Source: Acidobacteriota bacterium (GTDB lineage Bacteria; Acidobacteriota; Blastocatellia; Chloracidobacteriales; JADJPF01). Taken from it: 24,636 bases of DNA. The notes under the pieces were generated by a model. The model ran no database searches, was not told where the DNA came from, and saw nothing but the letters and a program-made list of their open reading frames with translations. The translations under genes and the position numbers were made by a program. Below are positions 1 to 7,955 of the stretch, one piece after another; the first letter of the stretch is position 1, and every line of letters begins with the position of its first letter. The stretch spans positions 79,810 through 104,445 of the forward strand of contig JAFLBC010000021.1 in assembly GCA_017303955.1 (NCBI GenBank), written 5' to 3'.

Positions 1-1
1 T

Positions 2-274
2 GCTGAATATGCCAATATGGTGACAGCATCTTCAATGGCTACTTTACTATTTTTAGGCGGTTGGCACGGGCCATTTGTAAAAGAACTTCCCCTACTTGGG
101 CCAATTTACTTTACCTTAAAAGTCTTATTTTTCTTGGTTTTATATATTTGGCTACGCGGCACTTTGCCACGTTTTCGCTATGATCAGCTAATGAAGTTTG
201 GTTGGAAATTTATGATTCCAGTGGCTATAGCCAATGTTGTTTTGGTAGCTGGACTTGCTTTACTTTTATTTTAA
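2..274 (+). CDS. nuoH: NADH-quinone oxidoreductase subunit H, C-terminal fragment; the gene begins upstream of the window
   Basis: In-frame translation from position 2 reads AEYANMVTASSMATLLFLGGW...LPRFRYDQLMKFGWKFMIP. This matches the conserved NuoH/ND1 C-terminus (AEY...GGW, PR.RYDQ.M.FGWK). It is followed by nuoJ 15 nt downstream. Confidence 0.9.
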   Translation, partial: AEYANMVTASSMATLLFLGGWHGPFVKELPLLGPIYFTLKVLFFLVLYIWLRGTLPRFRYDQLMKFGWKFMIPVAIANVVLVAGLALLLF

Positions 275-289
275 TTAATAGGGATTATT

Positions 290-793
290 ATGGAACAGGC
301 TTTTTTCCTTGTTTTAGCGGTTTTATCAGTAGGCGCAGCCTTAAGCGTAGTAATTCAACGTAGCCCACTTTATAGTGCTTTTTCCTTAATTGGTTTATTT
401 GCTTGTCTTGCCGCGCTTTATGTTTCCTTACAAGCACAATTTCTTGGTGCTATTCAAATCATTGTTTATGCAGGTGCGATTATGGTTTTGTTTATCTTTG
501 TGATTATGTTGCTTAACATACGCAAAGATGCTCAAGTTTTAGATAAGCATCGCTATCTTTGGGTTTTAGGTGTCCCTTTTGGGCTAGTGCTAGCTATAGA
601 AGTTCTTTATACCTTATCTAAAGTAGCAAAAGTTAGTATTGATAAACCTGCTATAGGGGATAGCCAAAGTATAGGTTATGGCCTGTATACTACTTATTTA
701 ATGCCATTTGAGCTAACTTCAATACTAATTTTACTTGCAATAGTTGGTTCAGTAATTTTGGCTCGCCGAGATGATGAAAAAGAAGAGAATTAA
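290..793 (+). CDS. nuoJ: NADH-quinone oxidoreductase subunit J
   Basis: 167-aa polytopic membrane protein. It has the NuoJ/ND6-like N-terminus ([16 protein letters not shown]...SLIGLF) and sits between nuoH and nuoK. A weak SD (aggga) lies upstream. Confidence 0.85.
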   Translation: MEQAFFLVLAVLSVGAALSVVIQRSPLYSAFSLIGLFACLAALYVSLQAQFLGAIQIIVYAGAIMVLFIFVIMLLNIRKDAQVLDKHRYLWVLGVPFGLVLAIEVLYTLSKVAKVSIDKPAIGDSQSIGYGLYTTYLMPFELTSILILLAIVGSVILARRDDEKEEN

Positions 794-807
794 GGAGAGA
801 TATTTTT

Positions 808-1110
808 ATGGTACCGCTTTCCTGGTATTTAGCTTTAAGTGCAGTGCTTTTTACTATTGGTGCTGTAGGAGTTTTTGTTAAACGAAATGTTATTTCTATC
901 TTTATGTGTATTGAGTTAATGCTTAATGCAGTAAATTTAACCTTAATTGCTTTTTCTTCTTATTATAGAGAAATTTCAGGTCAACTATTTGTCTTTATTG
1001 TAATGACTGTTGCTGCTGCTGAAGCTGGTGTAGGATTGGCTCTAGTCATTGCTGTCTTTCGTAATCGTCAATCTTTGGATGCAGACGACGCAAATTTATT
1101 AAAGCTTTAG
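808..1110 (+). CDS. nuoK: NADH-quinone oxidoreductase subunit K
   Basis: 100-aa three-TM protein with the NuoK/ND4L pattern ([13 protein letters not shown]...[10 protein letters not shown]...[10 protein letters not shown]). A strong SD (aaggagag) lies 7 nt upstream. Confidence 0.9.
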   Translation: MVPLSWYLALSAVLFTIGAVGVFVKRNVISIFMCIELMLNAVNLTLIAFSSYYREISGQLFVFIVMTVAAAEAGVGLALVIAVFRNRQSLDADDANLLKL

Positions 1111-1144
1111 AAATTTTGCCAAAAAAAGTATAGAGGCATTATAA

Positions 1145-3226
1145 ATGTTAAGAGTAATAGTTTTTGCGCCACTTCTAGGTGCTATCATTTTAGGTTTATT
1201 TGGTAAACGCCTTTCTGAACGTATCATTGCACTAATTGCATGTTCATCAATCGCTGTTTCTACAATAGCCGCTTTTGCCGCTTTTGCAAAATTACTTGCT
1301 CAACAACCTGACTCAGCAGGGGTACGTAGAATTAGTGATACTTTGTTTACCTGGATACAAGTAGGAGCATTTAGAGCAGACTTTGCTTTTATGCTTGATC
1401 CCCTTTCAGGTGTAATGATTTTGTTTGTTACTGGTGTAGGGCTTCTTATCCATATCTTTGCAACGGCTTATATGTCTGGTGAAGATAGCTATTACAGATT
1501 TTTTACTTACTTAAATCTGTTTATGTTTATGATGATTACCCTAGTGCTAGCAGACAATTATTTAATGATGTTTGTTGGCTGGGAAGGTGTTGGTCTTTGC
1601 TCTTATCTATTAATTGGTTATTATTTCCTAAGAGATTACGCTAATGACGCTGCTAAGAAAGCTTTTATTGTTAATCGTATAGGTGATTTTGGCTTTGCTT
1701 TAGGTGTAATGTTAATCTTCTATCACTTTAATACTATTAGCTTTATTGATAAGACTGGTATTGCTAGCGTATTTACTTTAGCTGCTAATAAACCCATTGA
1801 AGATCTTGCCAGTGCAGCTTTATTTGCTGGTGGTTTAACAACAATTGCAATACTTCTTTTTATTGGTGCAACCGGAAAAAGTGCGCAAATCCCTCTTTAC
1901 GTCTGGCTTCCAGATGCAATGGCAGGCCCAACACCAGTTTCTGCACTAATTCACGCTGCTACAATGGTTACAGCAGGCGTTTATATGATTGTGCGTTCCA
2001 ATATGATTTTTGGTAAAGCACCAATGGCACTAACCATAGTTGCTGTTGTTGGAGCTTTAACAGCCTTTTTTGCCGCTACAATAGGTATTGCTCAATGGAA
2101 CATTAAAAAAGTCCTGGCCTACTCTACAGTTTCACAGCTTGGTTATATGTTTTTAGCTTGTGGTGCAGGTGCTTTTGGCCCAGCATTTTTCCACGTTGTT
2201 ACACACGCCTTCTTTAAAGCTTTACTCTTTTTAGGTTCAGGCAGTGTTATCCACGCAATGCATCATAATGAAGATATGCGTACTATGGGCGGCTTAAGTA
2301 AATATCTAAAAATTACTTTTGCAACAATGGGTGCTGGTACACTTGCAATTGCTGGTTTTCCTTTACTTTCAGGTTTCTTTAGTAAGGATGAAATTCTTTG
2401 GAAAGTAAGAAGTTCTACTGTTCTACCAGGTAGTTTAGGCACTATTCTTTGGTTACTAGGTCTACTAACTGCTGCTATTACAGCTATTTATATGACCCGT
2501 ATGATGGTTATCACCTTTTTTGGTGAGGAACGCTTTAGAAATGCTCATCATGATGATCACGGTCATAGCGGACACGACGATCATAAAGCTCATGATGATA
2601 AACATGGGCATGATTCACATGGCGGACATGGTGGAAATCCTCATGAATCACCTTTAGCAATGACAATTCCTTTAATTGTTTTAGCTATTCTTTCTGTAGT
2701 TGGTGGTTTTATGGGTGTTCCAGAAGGTCTAGCAGAAAAATTTCTCCCTCATTCACTACACCATTATACACATAGCTTTTATGCTTTCCTTCAACCAGTA
2801 ATAAGCGTTCCAGTAATTGCTGGTAATGGTGGGGAAGCTTTAGCAAAAGACCATGGAGCAGAGTTAGTTTCTACAATTCTTTCATCCATAGTTGCTTTAG
2901 TTGCAATTGGCATTGGTTATCTCGTCTTTAAAGGCAAACCTTTAATGCAAATGCCTGCTTTCCTTGAAAACAAATATTTTATTGATGAAATTTATGATGC
3001 AGTTATTGTCAATCCATTAAAAGCTATTTCTACAACAGGACTTTGGAAATTTGTTGATGTTGTAATTATTGATGGTAGTGTTAATGGACTTGCTAAATTA
3101 GTAAATTTAACTGGTAGTGGACTACGCTATTTACAGCCAGGTATAACACGCCTTTATGCTGCCTTTATTTTTGGTGGGGCAGTGTTTGTTATTGGTTGGT
3201 TTTTTTATGTAGTCGTCAATCGGTAG
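1145..3226 (+). CDS. nuoL: NADH-quinone oxidoreductase subunit L, with an ~35-aa His/Asp-rich insertion
   Basis: 693 aa. It has conserved NuoL/ND5 antiporter-like motifs (WEGVGLCSYLLIGYY, IPLYVWLPDAMAGPTPVSALIHAATMVTAGVY, AYSTVSQLGYM) and lies between nuoK and nuoM. It is about 80 aa longer than typical NuoL because of the His-rich segment encoded around nt 2545..2650. Confidence 0.9.
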   Translation: MLRVIVFAPLLGAIILGLFGKRLSERIIALIACSSIAVSTIAAFAAFAKLLAQQPDSAGVRRISDTLFTWIQVGAFRADFAFMLDPLSGVMILFVTGVGLLIHIFATAYMSGEDSYYRFFTYLNLFMFMMITLVLADNYLMMFVGWEGVGLCSYLLIGYYFLRDYANDAAKKAFIVNRIGDFGFALGVMLIFYHFNTISFIDKTGIASVFTLAANKPIEDLASAALFAGGLTTIAILLFIGATGKSAQIPLYVWLPDAMAGPTPVSALIHAATMVTAGVYMIVRSNMIFGKAPMALTIVAVVGALTAFFAATIGIAQWNIKKVLAYSTVSQLGYMFLACGAGAFGPAFFHVVTHAFFKALLFLGSGSVIHAMHHNEDMRTMGGLSKYLKITFATMGAGTLAIAGFPLLSGFFSKDEILWKVRSSTVLPGSLGTILWLLGLLTAAITAIYMTRMMVITFFGEERFRNAHHDDHGHSGHDDHKAHDDKHGHDSHGGHGGNPHESPLAMTIPLIVLAILSVVGGFMGVPEGLAEKFLPHSLHHYTHSFYAFLQPVISVPVIAGNGGEALAKDHGAELVSTILSSIVALVAIGIGYLVFKGKPLMQMPAFLENKYFIDEIYDAVIVNPLKAISTTGLWKFVDVVIIDGSVNGLAKLVNLTGSGLRYLQPGITRLYAAFIFGGAVFVIGWFFYVVVNR

Positions 3227-3251
3227 TTAATAATTTATTGCGGAAAAAATT

Positions 3252-4802
3252 ATGAATGCCTTAAAACCTTATCTGCTTAATATATTAGTATTCTTCCCAT
3301 TACTTGGCACAATTGTAATGCTGATGTATGACCAAATTGTTGGTAAAAATGAAGAAACCTTAAAAAAGATGGCTTTGTTTTTTTCCTCTATCACCTTTTT
3401 TGCTTCCTTACCTTTAATTTGGTGGTATAACGACCCAGCTTTAATAGTAAATGTTCCTTGGGTGGAAACTTTAGGCATTAATTATCATTTACAAGTAGAT
3501 GGTCTAAGTTTATGGTTAGTTCTACTAACTACTTTTCTTATGCCTATAGCTATATTGTCTGGTTGGACAGCTATTCACGACAAAGTAAGAGAATATCTAG
3601 CTTTTATGCTAGTGCTAGAAACAGGAATGATAGGCGTGTTTTTAGCAATGGATATGATTGTTTTCTACCTGTTTTGGGAAGTAATGCTTGTACCAATGTA
3701 TTTCCTAATAGGTGTTTGGGGTGGAGAACGCCGTATTTATGCTGCTATTAAATTTGTTCTTTATACAATGGTAGGCAGCTTACTAATGTTAGTAGCTATT
3801 ATTGCTCTTTACCTAATACATGGAGAAAATCAAGCAGGTGGAGCAAAAGCTACTTTTGATATGGTTACTATTACCCAAAATTTAGCTCAATATAATTTCC
3901 TAACTCCTACACAACAATTTTGGATGTTTGCAGCCTTTGGGCTAGCTTTTGCAATCAAAGTTCCTCTTTTCCCCTTCCATACTTGGCTTCCAGATGCACA
4001 CGTAGAAGCACCAACAGCAGGGTCAGTAATTCTAGCTGGAGTTTTACTTAAGATGGGAACTTATGGTTTTATGAGATTTAACTTGCCAATGTTCCCTGAA
4101 GCTGCACATCAATTTGCTGTTCCTATTATGATTCTAGCTGTAATTGGAATTATTTATGGAGCTTTAGTGGCAATGGTGCAACCTGATATGAAAAAGTTAA
4201 TTGCTTATTCATCAGTTAGTCACTTAGGTTTTGTAATGTTAGGAATGTTTGCTTTTACCGAAATGGGAATGCAAGGTTCACTATATCAAATGCTTAATCA
4301 TGGTGTTTCATCAGGAGCATTATTTTTAATTGTTGGTATGGTTTATGAGCGTCGTCACACTAGACAAATTGCAGACTTTGGAGGACTTGCTACTCCAATG
4401 CCTCTTTTTGCTACCTTATTTTTAATTATTGCTTTTAGTTCTATAGGACTTCCTTTATTAAATGGTTTTGTTGGTGAATTTTTAATCTTGATTGGTACAT
4501 TTAATTCTACTTACTCTAGAGCTTTTGCAGCTTTTGCTACTACAGGTGTAATTCTTTCAGCTATTTATATGCTCTGGATGGTTCAAAGGGTAGTATTTGG
4601 TGAAATTACTAATGAAAAGAACCGACATTTACAAGACTTAAATTTACGTGAAAAAATTATTTTAGTCCCAATAGTAATATTAATTGTTTTTATGGGCGTT
4701 TATCCTAGCTTTTTCTTAAATCGTACTTCAGAAAAAGTTAACGAAATTCGCAAAGTTGTTGAAATACATAAAACAACAACCCCAGTAGCTACTACTAACT
4801 AA
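3252..4802 (+). CDS. nuoM: NADH-quinone oxidoreductase subunit M
   Basis: 516 aa with the NuoM/ND4 signature HTWLPDAHVEAPTAGSVILAGVLLKMGTYGFMRF, plus KKLIAYSSVSHLGFV. Gene order L-M-N. Confidence 0.9.
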   Translation: MNALKPYLLNILVFFPLLGTIVMLMYDQIVGKNEETLKKMALFFSSITFFASLPLIWWYNDPALIVNVPWVETLGINYHLQVDGLSLWLVLLTTFLMPIAILSGWTAIHDKVREYLAFMLVLETGMIGVFLAMDMIVFYLFWEVMLVPMYFLIGVWGGERRIYAAIKFVLYTMVGSLLMLVAIIALYLIHGENQAGGAKATFDMVTITQNLAQYNFLTPTQQFWMFAAFGLAFAIKVPLFPFHTWLPDAHVEAPTAGSVILAGVLLKMGTYGFMRFNLPMFPEAAHQFAVPIMILAVIGIIYGALVAMVQPDMKKLIAYSSVSHLGFVMLGMFAFTEMGMQGSLYQMLNHGVSSGALFLIVGMVYERRHTRQIADFGGLATPMPLFATLFLIIAFSSIGLPLLNGFVGEFLILIGTFNSTYSRAFAAFATTGVILSAIYMLWMVQRVVFGEITNEKNRHLQDLNLREKIILVPIVILIVFMGVYPSFFLNRTSEKVNEIRKVVEIHKTTTPVATTN

Positions 4803-4823
4803 AATTATAGAGAGAAGATTGCT

Positions 4824-6341
4824 ATGCAAGCACAAGCATTGAACCTTAACTATTATTATGTGTTACCACATATAATTGTTGCTGTTACAGGCATTATGTC
4901 CTTACTTTTTGGTGCTTTTAATAAAAAAGCCCATCGAGATTTGGTCTTTATTAACCTAGCAGGAATTTTTACTGCGGGTGCTTCTACTTGGAAACTTTGG
5001 AATTTAGTAACTACTGCTTCACAAGATGGTGTTGGTAAATCTTTGACAGCCTTTAGTGGCATGGTAGTGCTAGACCATATGAGTTTAGCTTTTATCTTTA
5101 TTTTCCTCATTGTAGCCTTTCTAGGAACAATCCTTTCCTTAAACTTTCTTGAAGATGAAGACCTTTCACCAGAAGAATTTTATTCTTTGCTAATGTTTTC
5201 TACCGTTGGCATGATGCTTATGGCTTCATCTGGTGATATGGTAATGATTTTTCTAGGACTGGAAATTTCTTCAATCGCTACATATGTTTTAGCTGGCTAT
5301 CGTCGTAAAGATTTAAGATCTAATGAATCAGCACTTAAGTATTTTATTTTAGGCTCTTTATCAACAGCCTTTTTGCTTTATGGAATGGCTTTAGTTTACG
5401 GTGCTACAGGTACTACTAACTTAGAATCTATTGCAACAGCAATTAAACAAGGTACAAATCTTGTAACTTCTCAACCAATGACAGTAGAAATTTTATATAT
5501 TGGTGTAGCAATGTTACTAGTAGGTTTTGGCTTTAAGATTGCTACTGCGCCTTTTCATGTTTGGACACCAGATGTTTATCAAGGTGCGCCCAGTGCAGTT
5601 ACAGCTTTTATGGCATCAGGGCCAAAAGCAGCAGGTTTTGTAGCTTTTTTAAGAATTTTTGTTATTGCTTTTGCAGCAGATACCTCTTTTGAGCTTAATG
5701 CCACTTGGACTAGCATTCTTCAAGTTTTAGCAATACTTACTATGATAATTGGTAATGTTGTTGCTCTGTCACAAACTGATATTAAAAGAATTTTAGCTTA
5801 TTCATCAATTGCTCATGCTGGTTATGCTTTAATTGGATTTCTAGCTAATGATTGGACATCAGTAGCTTTTTATATGCTTACCTATTCTGTTATGAATATT
5901 GGAGCTTTTGCAGTAATTTCTGTAATGGCTGGTAAAAATGAGCAAAATACTGAGTTAGAAACTTGGGCAGGAATGGGTTTTAAGTCTTTAGGGCTTTCTA
6001 TTGCTTTACTAATTTTTATGCTAAGTATGGCTGGAATGCCTTTAACAGGCGGGTTTATGGGCAAATTTTTAGTCTTTAAGACTGCTTGGGATAAAGGCTT
6101 ACATGCTTTAGTAATAGTAGCTGTACTTAATAGTGCTGCCTCAATTTATTATTATTTACGTCCAATGGTTGTACTGTTTTTCCGTGAAGGTAATGAAGAA
6201 ACCCCAGCACCACTACTTTCTTGGAGTGCATATGTAACAATTTTATTAGCTTTAGCTGGTACGTTCTACTTAGGCTTAATGCCAGGAAAGTTATTTAGTC
6301 TATTAGAAGCTGCACGTGACACAGTTGCTTTAGTAAGATAA
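4824..6341 (+). CDS. nuoN: NADH-quinone oxidoreductase subunit N
   Basis: 505 aa with the NuoN/ND2 motifs FKIATAPFHVWTPDVYQGAPSAVTAF and KRILAYSSIAHAGY. It is the last gene of the operon and is followed by a terminator. Confidence 0.9.
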   Translation: MQAQALNLNYYYVLPHIIVAVTGIMSLLFGAFNKKAHRDLVFINLAGIFTAGASTWKLWNLVTTASQDGVGKSLTAFSGMVVLDHMSLAFIFIFLIVAFLGTILSLNFLEDEDLSPEEFYSLLMFSTVGMMLMASSGDMVMIFLGLEISSIATYVLAGYRRKDLRSNESALKYFILGSLSTAFLLYGMALVYGATGTTNLESIATAIKQGTNLVTSQPMTVEILYIGVAMLLVGFGFKIATAPFHVWTPDVYQGAPSAVTAFMASGPKAAGFVAFLRIFVIAFAADTSFELNATWTSILQVLAILTMIIGNVVALSQTDIKRILAYSSIAHAGYALIGFLANDWTSVAFYMLTYSVMNIGAFAVISVMAGKNEQNTELETWAGMGFKSLGLSIALLIFMLSMAGMPLTGGFMGKFLVFKTAWDKGLHALVIVAVLNSAASIYYYLRPMVVLFFREGNEETPAPLLSWSAYVTILLALAGTFYLGLMPGKLFSLLEAARDTVALVR

Positions 6342-6367
6342 GGGGCAAGCAATGCCCCTATCTTTTC
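6341..6367. terminator. Bidirectional rho-independent terminator between nuoN (+) and the convergent small ORF (-)
   Basis: Perfect 7-bp stem AGGGGCA/TGCCCCT (6341-6347 and 6353-6359) with a 5-nt loop. It is followed by a T-rich tract (atcttttcc) on the + strand and an A/T-rich tract in the other direction. Confidence 0.7.
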
Positions 6368-6601
6368 CTACTTTGATTTTGATTTGGGCTTTTTTTCACG
6401 TCTCCAAGTGTGAAATATACCAATCACTATATGCAGTAAAATAATAAAAAATCCCCAAAGTACATCAGGAGAAAGAAAATTACTAGCCATAATCGTTAGT
6501 GAAACAGCCTCGTTTAATGATGGACAAGCTAAAGTAGAATTACTAATAAATAACATTATAGTTAATGTTAGGAAGAAGCTAAACAAATCATTTAATTTCA
6601 T
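6368..6601 (-). CDS. Hypothetical small membrane protein (77 aa) with a basic C-terminal tail
   Basis: ORF with two predicted hydrophobic helices (FFLTLTIMLFISNSTLA; LWGFFIILLHIVIGIF) and a C-terminal RREKKPKSKSK. It is 32 nt downstream of the TPR-like gene on the same strand. I recognise no family. Confidence 0.45.
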   Translation of the reverse strand: MKLNDLFSFFLTLTIMLFISNSTLACPSLNEAVSLTIMASNFLSPDVLWGFFIILLHIVIGIFHTWRREKKPKSKSK

Positions 6602-6633
6602 AATTTTACCTCAAAAGTATCAATTTATTTTTA

Positions 6634-7314
6634 TTATAAATTCTTAAGCATATCTTTAGCCACTTGTTTATCACGAGTGTCTTCTTTTTCATGGTTAGGT
6701 GAAAGAGGTGCTTTAATTACCCATTCTAAATGCTCACGAGCTTTATCTTTATTTTTTGTTGCCGCATAAACATCAGCTATATAAATATGATTTAAGTAGA
6801 ATTTGGGGCCGTGTTTTAGAGCTTTAAGCATAAAATCAAGAGCTTTTTTATTATCACCTCGTGAAAGCGGCCAAGAAGGTAACTGATTGTAAAGACGACC
6901 TAAAACCCTTAAAGGTGCGCCATAAAAGTATTTTTCATCTATTTCTAGAGCTTTACGAGTATGTTTTTCTATTGGATCTATTAGTCGTACAGCTTCTAAC
7001 ATCCCTTTTTCGCGCCCATAAAGCCCATAATTCACAGCCAACCAAAAATTAGACTCTAAAGAATCTTCATCAACTTCAACACCTTGTTTTCCGTATTCAA
7101 CACCTTGTTGATAAATTTCTAAACGATCTTCTGCTTCAGCAACTTCACCTCGCCAATAGTAAATTTGTGCTAGTAGCCCATATGCCCAATCCGTGTCAGG
7201 CTCTTTTTTTATTAACTTAACTAGCAAAGTTTCAGAATCTTTAAGATTAGTTTTTTTCTGTTCTCTAAGTTTAATTAAATTAAGTGCTTCATCATAAATT
7301 TTTTGATTTTTCAT
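6634..7314 (-). CDS. TPR-like helical-repeat protein (226 aa)
   Basis: Repeated W/Y-A-x-G-x-h-Y..G...A helix-pair patterns typical of TPR repeats (WAYGLLAQIYYWRGEVAEAE; FWLAVNYGLYG; RVLGRLYNQL; HIYIADVYAATKNKDKAREHLEW). It starts 4 nt after the upstream zinc-ribbon gene stops. Confidence 0.55.
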   Translation of the reverse strand: MKNQKIYDEALNLIKLREQKKTNLKDSETLLVKLIKKEPDTDWAYGLLAQIYYWRGEVAEAEDRLEIYQQGVEYGKQGVEVDEDSLESNFWLAVNYGLYGREKGMLEAVRLIDPIEKHTRKALEIDEKYFYGAPLRVLGRLYNQLPSWPLSRGDNKKALDFMLKALKHGPKFYLNHIYIADVYAATKNKDKAREHLEWVIKAPLSPNHEKEDTRDKQVAKDMLKNL

Positions 7315-7318
7315 AGGT

Positions 7319-7690
7319 TTATCCCAAAAATGCTTTAATCCATTTTATTACTGGTGGTGAAAGCTGTATTGCTCCTATTATAGAAATAAGTAATAAAAAT
7401 AAGTGAAAAAATATACTACTCAAAGATTTTAATTCTAAAATAGACATTCCTAAAATAGAGCTAGAAAAAATAAGTCCGATAATAAAAAATGTAACTGTAA
7501 AAAATACTGTTATAGATATTTTTATTCCTAACTCTAGCTTTTCAAGCTCTGGAGCTATAACAATTTCTGCTGGTTTTCCAATAGGGTTGCCATCCATATC
7601 TATTAAATTAGAGCTACAATGATGACAATGATGAGCAGAGACTTGTAATAATTTTGAGCAAAAAGGACATTTCTTCATTAGTTTTGTCAA
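7319..7690 (-). CDS. Zinc-ribbon (CxxC...CxxC) membrane protein (123 aa)
   Basis: N-terminal CPFCSKLL...HHCHHCSS is a four-Cys zinc-ribbon-like motif. Two hydrophobic TM helices follow (ISITVFFTVTFFIIGLIF; FFHLFLLLISIIGAI). It is the first gene of a three-gene minus-strand cluster. Confidence 0.5.
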   Translation of the reverse strand: MTKLMKKCPFCSKLLQVSAHHCHHCSSNLIDMDGNPIGKPAEIVIAPELEKLELGIKISITVFFTVTFFIIGLIFSSSILGMSILELKSLSSIFFHLFLLLISIIGAIQLSPPVIKWIKAFLG

Positions 7691-7879
7691 AAACCTTAAT
7701 TTTTAAGATGGATACTAAAACTTGTAAGATTAATTTTAAGGCTAAGTTTTAGCTGGATTATTTTAAACGATAGGCTATTAAACAGCTAGTATTAATATTG
7801 TCCCAAATAGAAGAAAAACACAAAATTAATATTTTTTAGAAACCATTTACTTTTATTTATTTAATAATTCTTATCCTAG

Positions 7880-7955
7880 ACAAGCGGATAATTCTTTATG
7901 CTTGATCTATAATCACCCAAACTAACTATAAATAATTATAACTAGGGAAAATTAT
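7880..7955 (+). promoter_or_regulatory. Putative promoter region for the large repeat-protein gene
   Basis: AT-rich 265-nt divergent intergenic region. TATAAT hexamer at 7908..7913, 43 nt upstream of the ATG, and an SD-like tagggaaaa before the start. The -35 is poor, so the call is tentative. Confidence 0.25.

Noticed and set aside
2545-2650. His-rich stretch in nuoL as a frameshift or assembly artefact, or as a separate small metal-binding ORF
   Set aside because: The segment is in frame with intact NuoL motifs on both sides. The ORF is continuous, with no stop or shift.
3269-3478. 69-aa minus-strand ORF inside nuoM
   Set aside because: It lies entirely within the well-supported nuoM coding region on the opposite strand and has no SD or recognisable features. 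It is a typical spurious antisense ORF in AT-rich DNA.
3512-3751. 79-aa + strand ORF in an alternative frame of nuoM
   Set aside because: It overlaps nuoM in a different frame. The low-complexity Tyr/Ser/Cys-rich product looks like an out-of-frame artefact.
4856-6064. Two minus-strand ORFs (84 aa and 60 aa) inside nuoN
   Set aside because: Antisense to a conserved complex I gene, with no independent support.
6861-7052. 63-aa + strand ORF inside the TPR-like gene
   Set aside because: Antisense overlap with a longer ORF that has coherent repeat structure. No start context.
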